A stretch of 64,000 bases of DNA. Source: Podarcis muralis. Taxonomy: Eukaryota. The DNA lies in assembly GCF_964188315.1 (NCBI RefSeq), contig NC_135667.1:6944001-7008000 (forward strand), read 5' to 3'. Made by a program: the position numbers and the translations under genes. The notes under the pieces were generated by a model that saw only the letters and a list, made by a program, of their open reading frames with translations, searched no databases and was not told the DNA's origin. Positions 1 through 12,019 of this stretch are shown here, piece by piece (position 1 is the first letter of the stretch; every line of letters begins with the position of its first letter).

Positions 1-331
1 TACCCCTAAACATCTTTTTAGAAAAAAAAGCACTGATTTTACTTATAGAAAGTTACACATAGGGTTGGTTCAGCTGTAACTCCAAACTGTGATTTATACC
101 ATCATTTACACTCCAAACCTGCATTCTAGGTTTACAGGCAAAATGGCTGTTTGTGCAGTTTCTTTCTTCTTTGAGAATCTCCTTACTCTATCCTAAACAG
201 TGACCTCCAAGGGCAGGAGGAGCACTATTCCAAATCTCATTTTGTAAACTCAGATGTAATCCCAAGACACAGCCTGCCCAAAGTGCGGTTTGCAAACCAG
301 CTTCAAAACTTGATTTCGGATCCTGGTTTAG

Positions 332-652
<321 letters not shown>

Positions 653-684
653 TAGGTCAAATTACAGCGCCTTCCACAGCGCCT

Positions 685-1212
685 GGGATGCGGGTGGCGC
701 TGTGGGTTAAACCACAGAGCCTAGGACTTGCCAATCAGAAGGTCGGCAGTTCGAATCCCCGCGACGGGGTGAGCTCCCGTTGCTCGGTCCCTGCTCCTGC
801 CAACCTAGGACTTCCAAAGCACATCAAAGTGCAAGTAGATAAATAGGTACCCCTCCTGTGGGAAGGTAAACCGCGTTTCCGTGCGCTGCTGTGGTTCGCC
901 AGAAGCAGCTTAGTCATGCTGGCCACATGACCCGGAAGCAGTGGCGTAGCGTGGGTTGTCAGCACCCGGGGCAAGGCAAGTAATTTGCGCCCCCTAACCC
1001 GTAGATTTGCGCCCCCTAACCCGTGGATTTGCGCCCCCTAACCTGTGGATTTGCCCTAACCCCAGATGTTGCACCCGGTGCGGCCAGCCCCCCCTGCACC
1101 CCCCATGCTACGCCACTGCCCGGAAGTTGTACGCCGGCTCCCTCGGCCAATAAAGCGAGATGAGGGCCGCAACCCCAGAGTCGGTCACGTCTGGACCTAA
1201 TGGTCAGGGGTC
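685..1212 (+). mobile_element. Sauria SINE with a nested hAT MITE
   Basis: Sauria SINE sequence; 11-bp TSD ccacagcgcct at 674-684 and 1213-1223. Confidence 0.85.
939..1118. mobile_element. Non-autonomous hAT MITE
   Basis: TIRs cagtggcgtagc/gctacgccactg; 8-bp TSD cccggaag. Confidence 0.9.
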
Positions 1213-1587
1213 CCACAGCGCCTACTCCTTGGCAAATCAAGAAAAGCTTTGCTAAACCTGAGCTGCCAGGATGCTTAGATTGAACTAAGGTTGCCTGATG
1301 CTTTGCGAGATACAGTTTTCTAGACTGTATAAACAGCAGGCCTTATGGTGCTTGAGCTCCTTTGCAGAATAAAACTTCCCTAAACCTGAGCAACTAGTGG
1401 TTCTCATTTTAAGTCTTCTGAACAAACTTTGCAAGACCTCAGCTGGCTTTTCATGATCAGGTTCTACAGGTCAGGTCGGGTGGAAGGTGATGAAATGATG
1501 CAGGTTGCAGTATTTCGGCGGAGGTAAAGGACGCACGCGGTTAATCTGGAAACCCTTGGCTGAAATCTCAGACAGTGTGGTGAATTA

Positions 1588-2090
1588 CCGTATTTTTTGC
1601 TCCATAAGACGCACTTTTTCCCTCCTAAAAAGTAAGGGGAAATGTGTGTGCGTCTTATGGAGCAAATGCAGGCGGGAGGCTCTGCTCAGCGCTCCCTTTA
1701 AAGAGCCGTGCGGAGCATGTGTGCAGCTCTTGGGGGCTTTTCCGCGAGATGGGAGAAGGGACTGACGGGCTGCCCTCTGTCCCTTCCTACACCTCCCGGA
1801 AAAGCCAGCAAGAGCCGCTCCCAGGCTCTGCTCAGCGCTCCCTTGTAAGGGCTCCCTTTCGTCTCTCATCCCGCTTTGCTGGGAAGCCAGCAGAAGAAGA
1901 GGCGCTGCGCAGCTATCGCTCTTGCTCTGCTGGCTTCTCAGCGAAGTGGGAGGTGGGACGGGAGGGTTTAAAGCAAGAAAACCGAGAGCCGCTTACATGC
2001 TCTGCGCAAAATATTTTTTTTCTTGCTTTCCCCCTCTAAAAACTAGGTGCATCTTATCGTCAGGTGCGTCTTATGGAGCGAAAAATACGG
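1588..2090. mobile_element. TcMar (Tc2/pogo-like) non-autonomous element
   Basis: TIR ccgtattttt...aaaaatacgg flanked by TA. Confidence 0.8.
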
Positions 2091-2548
2091 TAACCACATG
2101 CCTTTTTCCCAGTTCCATCTCTCTTACAAGTGGATCAGTAAATACCTTCCGTTCTCCTCCCCAATCCTTGCAGTGGGTCGCGCAGGTCTGGTGAACACCA
2201 CCCACCGTGGTGTCCTTAAGAACATAAGGAGATCCTGCTGGATCCTACTGGATCCGCAACTGGCACTCAGAAGCATTACTGCCTATGACTTTATTGCCCT
2301 CCCCTCCTTCAATTTGCCTAATCCTCTTTCAAAGCCATCGAAGCCGGCGGCCATCGCTGCCTACCCTTTCTCCTTGCCAGGCAAAATTTCATAAGCTTCT
2401 ATGTCAGCTCTTCCCAATGTGCTTTCTCCAAAGTGTGGCCCGAGGGCTGCATGTGGCCCTCGAAGCCTTTTTTTTTGGGCACAGCTGACACCCAGCCCTC
2501 GTGCTGCCTTCCCAAAGCCACTGCAACCTTCCCTTATCAAGGAGTCTG

Positions 2549-2787
2549 TGTTAAGTTGTGGGTAAACATATCAGACGACACAGCGATTCTTCAAACAGCT
2601 CTTGTTTATTCAGAGGCCAGAACAGAACTGAACTGAAGGGTTCAGTCAGCCTGCTTATATAGAGCTCCACTACAATGCAACTGTAACAACTTTCTAAAAC
2701 TATCCAATCACTGAATGTCACTTTTGATCCCTTATTTGCATAAGTACCCCTCCTGCTGGCCCAGGGTGAGAACTTCAGTACATAACA
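2549..2787 (-). mobile_element. Solo LTR in a myosin intron
   Basis: TGTTA...TAACA termini; 5-bp TSD gtctg; TATA-like and AATAAA motifs on the minus strand. Confidence 0.75.
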
Positions 2788-2862
2788 GTCTGGATCATTC
2801 TGCCTGCCCTTTTCTGAGCTTTCCCACCTTCTCTTCCCCTCCACCCCCTGGCCCACCCGCAG

Positions 2863-2997
2863 GAAGAACAGGCCAACAGCAACCTGGCCAAGTTCCGGAA
2901 GGTTCAGCACGAGCTGGATGAGGCCGAGGAGCGGGCGGACATCGCCGAGTCCCAAGTCAACAAGCTGAAGGCCAAGACCCGCGATGTGGGAGGGAAG
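2863..2997 (+). CDS. MYH6: Myosin heavy chain penultimate coding exon ([45 protein letters not shown])
   Basis: Near-identical to the MYH6/MYH7 penultimate exon; cgcag| and |gtgagt; 135 bp. Confidence 0.93.
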
Positions 2998-3952
2998 GTG
3001 AGTGTTGTGGCCGGCTGAGGGGGGCAGGGGGGCTCTGGGGAGAGACCCCAGCTTGCCCTTTGTCCTGTTCACACATTACGTTCAGCCAGGCCGCAATCTG
3101 TGTACACAAACAACTGAGCTGTGCACGTGACGTGCAATGCATGTACAGTCTGTGTACACAATTTATTATCATTTCATTATTAATTGCCTTTATACCCCGC
3201 CTTGGAGCTCAAGGTGGTCTACGCAGCTCTTCTCCCCCTCGTTTAATCTCCAACAACAGCCCTGTGAGGTAGGTTAGGCTGAGGGGCAGAGACTGACCCA
3301 AAGTCACCCAGTGAGCTTCATGGTTGAGCGGGGATTTCGAACCCTCATCTTCCAGGGCCTAGTCTGATGCTCTAACCTCCACAGCTCACAGCGCTGCACA
3401 AATCAACGAGTGTACACCCTTTCACACAAACACTTGTGCATGTGTAGAGGCAGCTTGTACCTGGGTTCAGCATATTGTGTGAACAAGCCTTTGGCGTTTC
3501 TTTTCCATTCCAGTGAATCAGGCTGCGCATTTGCCCTTAAGCTCCACCCCCTGCACATTCACCCCCATCCCTCCCTCCCAAAATTCACAAAGGTAAAGTA
3601 ACTTTTACGCAGAGTAGATCCACTGAAATTAATAGTCATGGTAATTCATTTCAACGGGTCTTCTCCGAGTCAAAAATGCTAACATATTGGAGAGCTGCTC
3701 CAAAATGTTGAGGTAGTTTTTGGTATGTTGGTGACGGCACTGGCATGAGCCAATAGACCCCCTTCCTTAAAGCTAGCTATTCTCCAATACAATGAAAAGT
3801 TCCAGAATTGTTTAGGAGGTTTTTCCCTAGGACAGGAATACACATGCACGTTTTCATGGCAACAAAGGTGATTTCAGAGCACATCTCCTACCCTTTTAAA
3901 TGTTGCATCCTGCTCATGTCTCCCTTGTTTTATTTCTGTGCTCATCATACTC

Positions 3953-4109
3953 CAGTGGCGTAGCGTGGGTTGTCAGCACCCGGGGCAAGGCAAGTAATTT
4001 GTGCCCCCTAACCCGTGGATTTTAGCACTCGAGTCTCTTCTGCGCGCCCCCCCCAGATGTTGCGCCCGGTGCGGCCGGCCCCCCCTGCACCCCCCACGCT
4101 ATGCCACTG
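3953..4109. mobile_element. hAT MITE of the same family, in the last myosin intron
   Basis: Same TIRs; 8-bp TSD tcatactc. Confidence 0.9.
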
Positions 4110-4175
4110 TCATACTCTCCTCCTTTTAATTCCCCCCCCCCTTTCATCCTTTCCTTCTGTGCTTCTCTCTTCCAG

Positions 4176-4196
4176 AAACTTCATGATGAAGAGTGA
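4176..4196 (+). CDS. MYH6: Myosin heavy chain last coding exon (KLHDEE*)
   Basis: Pyrimidine tract + ttccag|AAA CTT CAT GAT GAA GAG TGA; resembles MYH6 end QKMHDEE rather than MYH7 GLNEE; adjacent to CMTM5 as MYH6 is in human. Confidence 0.85.
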   Translation, partial: KLHDEE

Positions 4197-4283
4197 GGAG
4201 GTTTTCAGATCCTCGGTTGAACTGAAGGGCTTTATCTCCAGCCCCTTTCACTGAATAAGATGTAGCATTAATATAATCCAATT

Positions 4284-4289
4284 AATAAA
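4284..4289 (+). terminator. Probable polyadenylation signal of the myosin gene
   Basis: AATAAA about 90 nt after the stop codon. Confidence 0.7.
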
Positions 4290-4769
4290 GTTGAACAGCA
4301 AATTTAATCCTGACATTGCCGTCCTCATCATGTGCTGCCCAGCTGCTGAACAGAGAGAATAGGGTTGCTGCGCTGTGCCACTGACAGCCTGGCAACAGGC
4401 AGGAATTAAACATGAATAGATTTTTAACATCACCTGTTGAATGCCTGCCTGCCATGGAGCTATTGAAAAAGCACAAGACCCTTCCCAGGGGAAAAAAAAG
4501 AGGACAACTCTTAACACAAAGCTGCCCCCCCCCTCTCTCTCTGCTTCTTATGTTGCTGTTTAAAGAAGACTTTCATTATTCTATTAATGTGAAAATCTGG
4601 TTTTCCAAACAACTGTGATAGCTTGAAGTTTTCTCAACAGCTTTCTCTGGCTCGTACTGGTGTCCATTGTTCCCTCTTGTGGTCAAACTGAACATTGACA
4701 GGGGAGGTCCCTGCCAGGGTTTCTCTGAGACTGATTTCCCCCTTCCTCCCACGCTCAGAAGTTAGAGTA

Positions 4770-5020
4770 GGGGTCAGCAAACTTTTTCAGTAGGGGGCCG
4801 GTCCACTGTCCCTCAGACCTTGTGGGGAGCTGGACTATATTTTGAAGAACCCAAAAAACAAACGAATTCCTATGCCCCACAAATAACCCAGAGATGCATT
4901 CTGAATAAAAGGGCACATTCTACTCATGTAAAAACACGCTGATTCCTGGACCGTCTGCAGGCCGGATTGAGAAGGCGACTGGGCCGGATCCGGTCCCCGG
5001 GCCTTAGTTTGCCTACCCAT
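4770..5020. mobile_element. hAT-Charlie-type MITE
   Basis: Ends gggtcagcaaact...agtttgcctaccc; subterminal sequence shared with 14150-14256. Confidence 0.6.
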
Positions 5021-6243
5021 GAGTTAGAGTGTGAACATTATGTGGGGCCTCCTACAGACAATGGTTTCCAGCTTAATACACGGACCTGTCCGCCTTTTCA
5101 TCCTGCCTTCGCATTGTCTCATTTCATCTCTACCAAGAAACTATCCCCTCTGCAACATTCTGTTTTACTTTTTCCTAGCCGTCACCCTCCTTCCACGCCT
5201 CTTTCTCAGCTCACACTTTTGGCACACTCCCTCAGATCCGCACATCTCCGAGCCTCCCTGTGTGCCACCCGCAAATCCAGGCGCTTGCGAGCAGAAACAA
5301 AAGCCCAAGATTTTTTGTGCACCCACACTCGTGGGACGTGCTCCTTGCGCAGTCGTAAGAGCATCCGAAGAGTCCCGCCGCAGGATCGGGCCTGCGACCC
5401 ATCCAGCCCGAAATCCTGTTCTCACAGCAGCGACCAGAAGCCCACAAACGGGACCTGAGCGCAGCGGTTGTACATTCATGCGCTCACACTCACCCATGCG
5501 CATCCCCCACTCGTGCATGCGTGGGCACATAAGAGGCCAGCGTACCATATTAAAAGCACCTTTTAATTTCGTCTCCTCGTCAAGTTAAATACAAAAGGGA
5601 AGGGGGGGGGAACACCCAGGAGCTCAGCCACCCAGGATCCACGTTCCAGTTTGATGGGGGGTGGGATTCAGCAAAGTGGGTCTGTTGTGGGGTGGGGTCT
5701 TTGCTCCCACAGAAGCAGTGAGCAGCAGCCCACTGGCCCCTGGTGGGAAGAGGACAGAAGCATCGTCTTCAGAGCCGAGGAAGAAGGGGTCAAGGAAGCT
5801 GCAGAAAGGCTGTGGGGCAGGGAGCGAGGGATGTAGGGCAGCAGCAGCAGCTGTGTGTTGATCGCAGGGACCCTCAGCCCAGATCTGGGTCTACAAGAGA
5901 GAAAGAGCGTTCACAAGGTCAGTTGCCTCTCTGGGTCAGAGGAGAGTCAACCCTGCCGTGGGGACGGCAAGTTGTACATTGTTTTCTTCGTCATCTGTGG
6001 GTCGGCCTTTCCTCTCTGTCCCTCCCTCGGCCAAAGCTCAATGCTGCTAGCCCTACTCAGAGTAAACCCGGTGAAGGAAGGGTGAAGCACCTGGGGGCTT
6101 TTTAAGTTCTGAGAAAAGGAGAGTAGGAGGCAACATGGTGGAAGTTTAGCAGAAATTGTTGCATTGCAGGTGCCGAGAGAGAGAGAGAAAGAAAGAACAA
6201 GAACGCAGGCATGCACACTCTGCTTTTCCAAATGATCTAGCTA

Positions 6244-6501
6244 CCGTATTTTTTGCTCTCTAAGACTCACTTTTCCCCTCCTAAAAAGTAAGGGGAAATG
6301 TGTGTGCGTCTTATGGAGCGAATGCAGGCTGCGCAGCTATCACAGAAGCCAGAACAGAAAGAGGGATTGCTGCTTTCACTGCGCAGCGATCCCTCTTGCT
6401 GTTCTGGCTTCTGAGATTCAGAATATTTTTTTCTTGTTTTCCTCCTCCAAAAACTAGGTGCGTCTTGTGGTCTGGTGTGTCTTATAGAGCGAAATATACG
6501 A
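6244..6501. mobile_element. Shorter copy of the same TcMar MITE family
   Basis: Same TIR and internal sequence as 1588-2090. Confidence 0.75.
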
Positions 6502-7137
6502 TAAATGTTGCATCAGGTAGGACTGACATGAGCCTTAAAAGCACATAGAGCTGAAAGAGGAAATGGGACAGAACGTCACTCTTCCAACTTCCTCCTTCAA
6601 CTCTGTGTAGCTCTAGGTAACCACCACCACCATGAGCAAGCGGGCAGCGAGGGAGGGCTCAGGGGTGTCGTAGGCACCAGGGGAAGAACTCAAGAGCACC
6701 ACTGAGCTCACGAGCACACTGTTGGAGACCCCTGACATGCTGCCTCTCGGTTGATCCACTCGCTCCACTTCCCTCCCACTCCCCTGTTTCCGCTGTGTCA
6801 AATTTTAGACTGTAGGCTCCTTATTTCACAAGCCTTCAGTTCGAAAAAATGAACCACAACTAGTAGATCTGATACATTATAATAAGTAAAAATTAACGTG
6901 ATTTATAAAGGAGAAAAAACTTTGTACGAAAACATTAAAAATCCAACAGACTGTAGGCTCAGCGGGGCAGGGACCTGCCGTCTTAAATTTTGTATAAAAT
7001 GCCAGGCACGTTGAGGATCGTTCCGTTCACCGCTGCAGGGAGGCCCCCGTTTTTCTGCCCCAGACTTTCACCCATGCCACCATTGCACCCACCCCTTGGC
7101 AGCGCCAGGATCCCACCCTCTCCCCGGCGCCACTCAC

Positions 7138-7216
7138 CCTGGTCCGCCCCCATTTCTGCCCTGTACGTTTTGTAGGCGTCGAAACAGAAGACGGCAATGA
7201 GAATCAGGCTGAAGAC
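7138..7216 (-). CDS. CMTM5: CMTM5 coding exon 4 (VFSLILIAVFCFDAYKTYRAEMGADQ + 1 nt)
   Basis: Matches human VFGIILVSIFAYDAFKIYRTEM; cgcag| and |gtgagt; ends in phase 1, so a short terminal exon must lie further left (not resolved). Confidence 0.9.
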
Positions 7217-7492
7217 CTGCGGAGGGACCAAGAATTGTGAGTGAATGGCAGGAGGCAGGAGGGGAGGGAACGATAACAGATTGGGGGAAGGTGGAATTTT
7301 TTTGGGGGTGGTACCCCTCAAGCACCCCACATTTGGAAGGATATCTTAGGTCGAGCCAGGTCTCTGACAGAACCCACACAGTCCTGCCTTGCAGCGGGTT
7401 GGCTGTCTATATGCCACGCCCCTTGGGGAGGGGCTCCGATAAGGGGCGTGGCCATAAAAGGGGAGTTTCTAGGGAGAGGGTTGATAACTCAC

Positions 7493-7588
7493 AAAGGCAG
7501 ACACGGCTGATCCCTCGTGGCTGGCAGCAATGACGGCAAAGGCCACTACCGTGAAGACTATTGCGGCGCTGATGCAGCGAAGGAAATC
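7493..7588 (-). CDS. CMTM5: CMTM5 coding exon 3 (DFLRCISAAIVFTVVAFAVIAASHEGSAVSAF)
   Basis: Matches human DFLRCVSAIIIFLVVSF...AIAAF; cacag| and |gtgagt; 96 bp. Confidence 0.93.
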
Positions 7589-7658
7589 CTGTGGCAGGAG
7601 GAGAGAGGAGGGTCATCGAGGGCTGAGCTGCAGGCGGGAAGACCAGTTGAAACCAGTA

Positions 7659-7873
7659 CAGTAGTACCTCAGGTTACAGACACTTCAGGTTACAGACTTT
7701 GCTAACCCAGAAATAGTACCTTGGGTTAAGAACTTTGCTTCAGGATGAGAACAGAAATCGTGCAGCGGCAGCAGGAAGCCCCATCAGCTAAAGTGGTGCT
7801 TCAGGTTAAGAACAGTTTCAGGTTAAGAACGAACCTCCGGAATGAATTAAGTACTTAACCTGAGGTACCACTG
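7659..7873. mobile_element. Tigger/mariner-like MITE in CMTM5 intron 2
   Basis: TA|cagt(a/g)gtacctc...gaggtaccactg|TA. Confidence 0.8.
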
Positions 7874-8091
7874 TATCAGAAAGCGTGCAAATGGCAAAAT
7901 CCAATCCAGGGAGGCAGACAAAGCTACAGTCCCACCGCAGCACGAGAAGGAAATCTGGCACAGGGGAAGGCGTGTCAATGCACTTTGGTGTTGCTCAGTC
8001 GACTCCAATGCCTCTTTCGGCAAGACATTGGCCACGGGGAGCACGACCAAGCGCTGCAAAAGGAGATTATGGGGAAAGCATGGCTACCCAC

Positions 8092-8244
8092 CAGGCAGGG
8101 CCAGTTGACGCGAGTCAGGCGCTCGTAGTAGTGCGTGGCCCGCAGTCCCAAGAACGCCAGTGTCACCAGCACTTCCAGGAGAGCTGCACCCATGTAGGCG
8201 GAAATGGAAGCTGTGAGCAGCAGGAAGACCAGGAAGCTGAGGCC
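8092..8244 (-). CDS. CMTM5: CMTM5 coding exon 2 (GLSFLVFLLLTASISAYMGAALLEVLVTLAFLGLRATHYYERLTRVNWPCL)
   Basis: MARVEL-domain match to human TASISAYMAAALLEF...RINWPCL; ctccag| and |gtgggt; 153 bp. Confidence 0.95.
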
Positions 8245-8354
8245 CTGGAGGAAGGGGGCAAGCGGGAGGCAAAAGGAGAAGTGTGAAGTGCATTCCCAAA
8301 TGTGGCGCACTTTCATATATATAAAATATAATCCTACTCTTTTGAGATGGACTC

Positions 8355-8387
<33 letters not shown>

Positions 8388-10239
8388 CTTCCCAGCAATT
8401 CATGATCCCAGATGGCATAATTCGTAGCCTGATTTCATCCTCACACACACAAAAATCCCACACTCTGGATTTACAATCTCTCCTCTTAGCTCTGCGCTCA
8501 GTGTTGCAGATTTGGAACTTTTCCTTTGGGGAAAAAACCCAGCAGAAACTGCTCCCACCACTTCCATCCTTCTAAAATACCTTTCAAGTGAAACGCTCCC
8601 CCCCCCCCCTGCTTTGAGTGACATCTCCCCCATGAAGATTTCTGGAGAACTCAAAAGCGGACCCCGCTGCCATGGTCTCCACTCCATTGGAGGTTTTTAA
8701 GCAGAGGTTGGTTGGGTGGCTCTCTGTCAGGGATGTTTTAGCTGAGATCCCTGTACTGCAAGGGGGTTAGGCTAGATGGCCCCTGGGGTCCCTTCCAACT
8801 CTGCCAATTCTATGATTCTACATTTTGGCTGCTCTCCCCTCACCCACAAGTCCCCCCCCCCAAATATTTGGTTTCCACACACACACCCCAAATATTTGAA
8901 TTGAAATTTAATACCTGTAACAGCAAACGAGTTTTAGAGAAAAGAATTTGGTTTCCACACCCCCCCCAAATATTTGAATTGAAATTTAATACCTGTAACA
9001 GCAAACGAGTTTTAGAGAAAAGAAACGAAAGAAAAAATGTGGTGTTTTTTTTTTAAAAAAAGAAAAGTTGTCGTAATTGTCAATAAGAAGTATTGGAACT
9101 AGCTATGTGATTTACGGAGCTGATAATAAAATATATCAAGAAGGAATGGGAGTGTGGTCCATAATTAGAAAGGGGACCATGATCAAAATCAAAGCAATTT
9201 GATTTTTTTAAAGAGGATTAAAAAAAAGAAACTTTGAATGTATGGGATCCAGACACTCGCACGGACCTGTGCTTTCGTTTTTTGGATTCTATAGATCAAT
9301 ATATATAATAATGATAATCATGTGTATATGATGTATACACAAAGATAACCAACCTGTGCTCAGGGCCAGTGGAAAATTAGTGGTTTTGTTCAAAGCAAAA
9401 ACTTATTCTCCTCTCATTTCTCCATCTACCCCACGGCACAGACTTTTGGAATAAAATTTCCCATAAGCCCTTTCCCCCCACAGTCCCTGCCTTAAAACCA
9501 CTGTCTTCCCTACCCCGGCTATACATTTTGGATAAAGAAGTGGACCCCCACCCACCCAAGCCTCCATCAGAGAGGAGAACCCCCTCCCAAAGAATGGAGA
9601 GGGAGCAAAAAAAGGCATTCACAGGAATTAGCAGGGAGGGAATGAAAATTAAGCCAGCCAAATGGAAGGATTGAAAGACAAACAGAGGAAAAAGGAAGAA
9701 GGGAAAGGTCTGCGAAGGAGGAATTAAGAAAAGCAGAGGTTTCTGCACTGCAACGGGTTGCACTAGACGAGACTTCTAACTCTCCAATTCTTTAGTTTTA
9801 TGCAAAAAAAAAAAAGAGGGGAACGATTAGGGGGAAAAGGGGAAGAAAAAAATGGCAAAGTCCTTAAAAGGAAGGGATGAATCAAATGAATGAATTAATG
9901 AAGAAAGGCGGAAGGAAAGCAAGGAGAGAGGGGCCACCAGGATAGGGCCCCACTCAAAAGAACGAGCCGGACCATACCCCACCCCCCACAAATAAAACCC
10001 CCCAGCAGGATTGGCTGACCCACTTCTGAATTAGCTAAGTGAAACATGATCCCTGAGCAGCTCAGAGAGGGCTTCCCCAAAATCCAGACTCCGGAGTTTA
10101 AAACATATTAGTTCATGGCACCACCGACTTAGAGGATGGAGAGAAAGTGTTGGGTGAAAAGAGGGAGGGGGAGAAGCGGGGGGGGGGCAGGGAAGGAGGA
10201 GGAGGAGGGTGCGGTGGGTGGGTGGGGGTCTTCCGTTAC

Positions 10240-10338
10240 CAGCTCTGCCTCCATCACCACCCCCTTGGGGGAGCGCAGGAATTCCTTGTCGAGGGAGAAA
10301 CCCCGCAGCCCCCCAGGTCCCTCCTGGGGCTCGCCCAT
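10240..10338 (-). CDS. CMTM5: CMTM5 coding exon 1 (MGEPQEGPGGLRGFSLDKEFLRSPKGVVMEAEL)
   Basis: Matches human LQGFAVDKAFLTSHKGILLETEL; 99 bp; |gtaacg donor, phase 0. Confidence 0.88.
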
Positions 10339-11060
10339 CCTGCTGGCTGCCTCTGGCCGGAGGGAGGGCGCTGCTGGGGGAAGAGGGTCGAGGGGGGGGG
10401 GAAAGACCCAAGGAAAAAAAGGGGGGGGGAGATGAAAGACGGAGCCTGTTTCTCTCCACCTGGCACCCAGCCGGATTTCCACGGCGGGGAGGCGGGGAGG
10501 AAGCCCGAAGAAAGGGGGCTGGAGGGAGAAGAGGAGGAAAAATGAAATGAAGGGAGAGGGATGGAGAGAGACGAAAGGGTCCGCCCCGTCCAGGCTCCAG
10601 AAGGGAGACTCTGCCTCCTGGCCCCCGAGTGCCTCTCCGGCCCCCAGGACCACCAGGGGTGGCCGTGGCGCGGGTGAGGGGTCTCTGGGCCCACCTGCCC
10701 ACTCAGCCCCCCCACCCCACCCCATGGCAGGACAAGGAAGGGGATTGTCTCTCGAGGGCCAGGAACGGGCTGCCCCGGGGAGAACAAGGGCCGCATTGTC
10801 TGGGGGGACGGGAGGCCGGAGGGCAGAAGTGAATGGGCCGCATTCTCTCCGCCGCGACCCGTTCAGATGCTTTGCAAGAGCGTGGGAGGAAAAGAAAGAA
10901 GTGTGGGGCGCGGGGGGGGGGGGGCGTGGACGGGCCCGGGGGCTGCAGTGACGAGAAAAGGCCGCCAGGGGGCGGTAGAGAGCAGGGGAGGCGCCTCGGG
11001 CACTGGGGAAAGGGACTTGCGCTTTTCCGCCAGTAGGGGTCGCTGGGTGAAGAGGGCAGG
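10280..11060. promoter_or_regulatory. GC/CpG-rich region over the CMTM5 5' end
   Basis: High GC and CpG density immediately upstream of the CMTM5 ATG. Confidence 0.55.
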
Positions 11061-11099
11061 GCGCGTCCCGCTCTCTTGGAAAGGTTTCCTTGGGAGTTG

Positions 11100-11755
11100 C
11101 GGAAAACCAATGATGTCTCCTGGCAAATAGAAGGGGAAGAAATGGAGGCAGTGAGAGGTTTTACTTTCTTGGGCTCCATGATCACTGCAGATGGTGACAG
11201 CAGTCACGAAATTAAAAGACACCTCCTTCTTGGGAGAAAAGTGATGACAAACCTAGACAGTATCTTAAAAAGCAGAGCCATCCGCTTGCCAACAAAGGTC
11301 CGTATAGTTAAAGCTCTGGTTTTCCCAGTAGTGATGTATGGAAGTGAGAGCTGGACCATAAAGAAGGCTGATCGCCGAAGAATGGATGCTTTTGAATTCT
11401 GGTGCTGGAGGAGACTCTGGAGAGTCCCATGGACTGCAAGAAGATCAAACGCATCCATTCTGAAGGAAATCAGCTCTGAGTGCTCACTGGAAGGACAGAT
11501 CCTGAAGCTGAGGCTCCAATACTTTGGCCACCTCATGAGAAGAGAAGACTCCCTGGAAGAGACCCTGATGCTGGGAAAGATGGAGGGCACAAGGAGAAGG
11601 GGATGACAGAGGACGAGATGGTGGGACAGTGTTCTCGAAGCTATGAACATGAGTTTGACCAAACTGCGGGAGGCAGTGGAAGACAGGAGTGCCTGGCGTG
11701 CTCTGGTCCAGGGGGTCACGAAGAGTGGGGCATGACTAAATGACTAAACAACAAT
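11100..11755 (+). mobile_element. BovB/RTE LINE 3' fragment
   Basis: RTE C-terminal peptide (FTFLGSMITADGDSSHEIKRHLLLGR...FWCWRRLWRVPWTARRSN) and gactaaacaaca tail. Confidence 0.9.
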
Positions 11756-12019
11756 GCTGTCTTTAAGGTTCTCTGATTCAGAAAGCCAGGCGCAGTGGAT
11801 CGGGGGCAAGGGCACAAATGGGGCAGGAGTGATCAAGAAGAATCACAGAACTGTTGGAAGGGGCCCGACTCTAATCCAGCTGTCCCATCCGGGATTCGAA
11901 CCTGCAACCCTGGTATTATCAGCACCATGCTCTAACTAACTTGAGCCATCCAGGCAAATGTAAGTGTTGGGAGGCATGGACTCAAAAAGGTTGAAAATCA
12001 CTGCCTTACTGTTTTCTTT

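Noticed and set aside
1590-1612. ATAAGACG (miR-208 seed) in a myosin intron
   Set aside because: Part of the TcMar MITE terminal repeat; no miR-208 precursor context.
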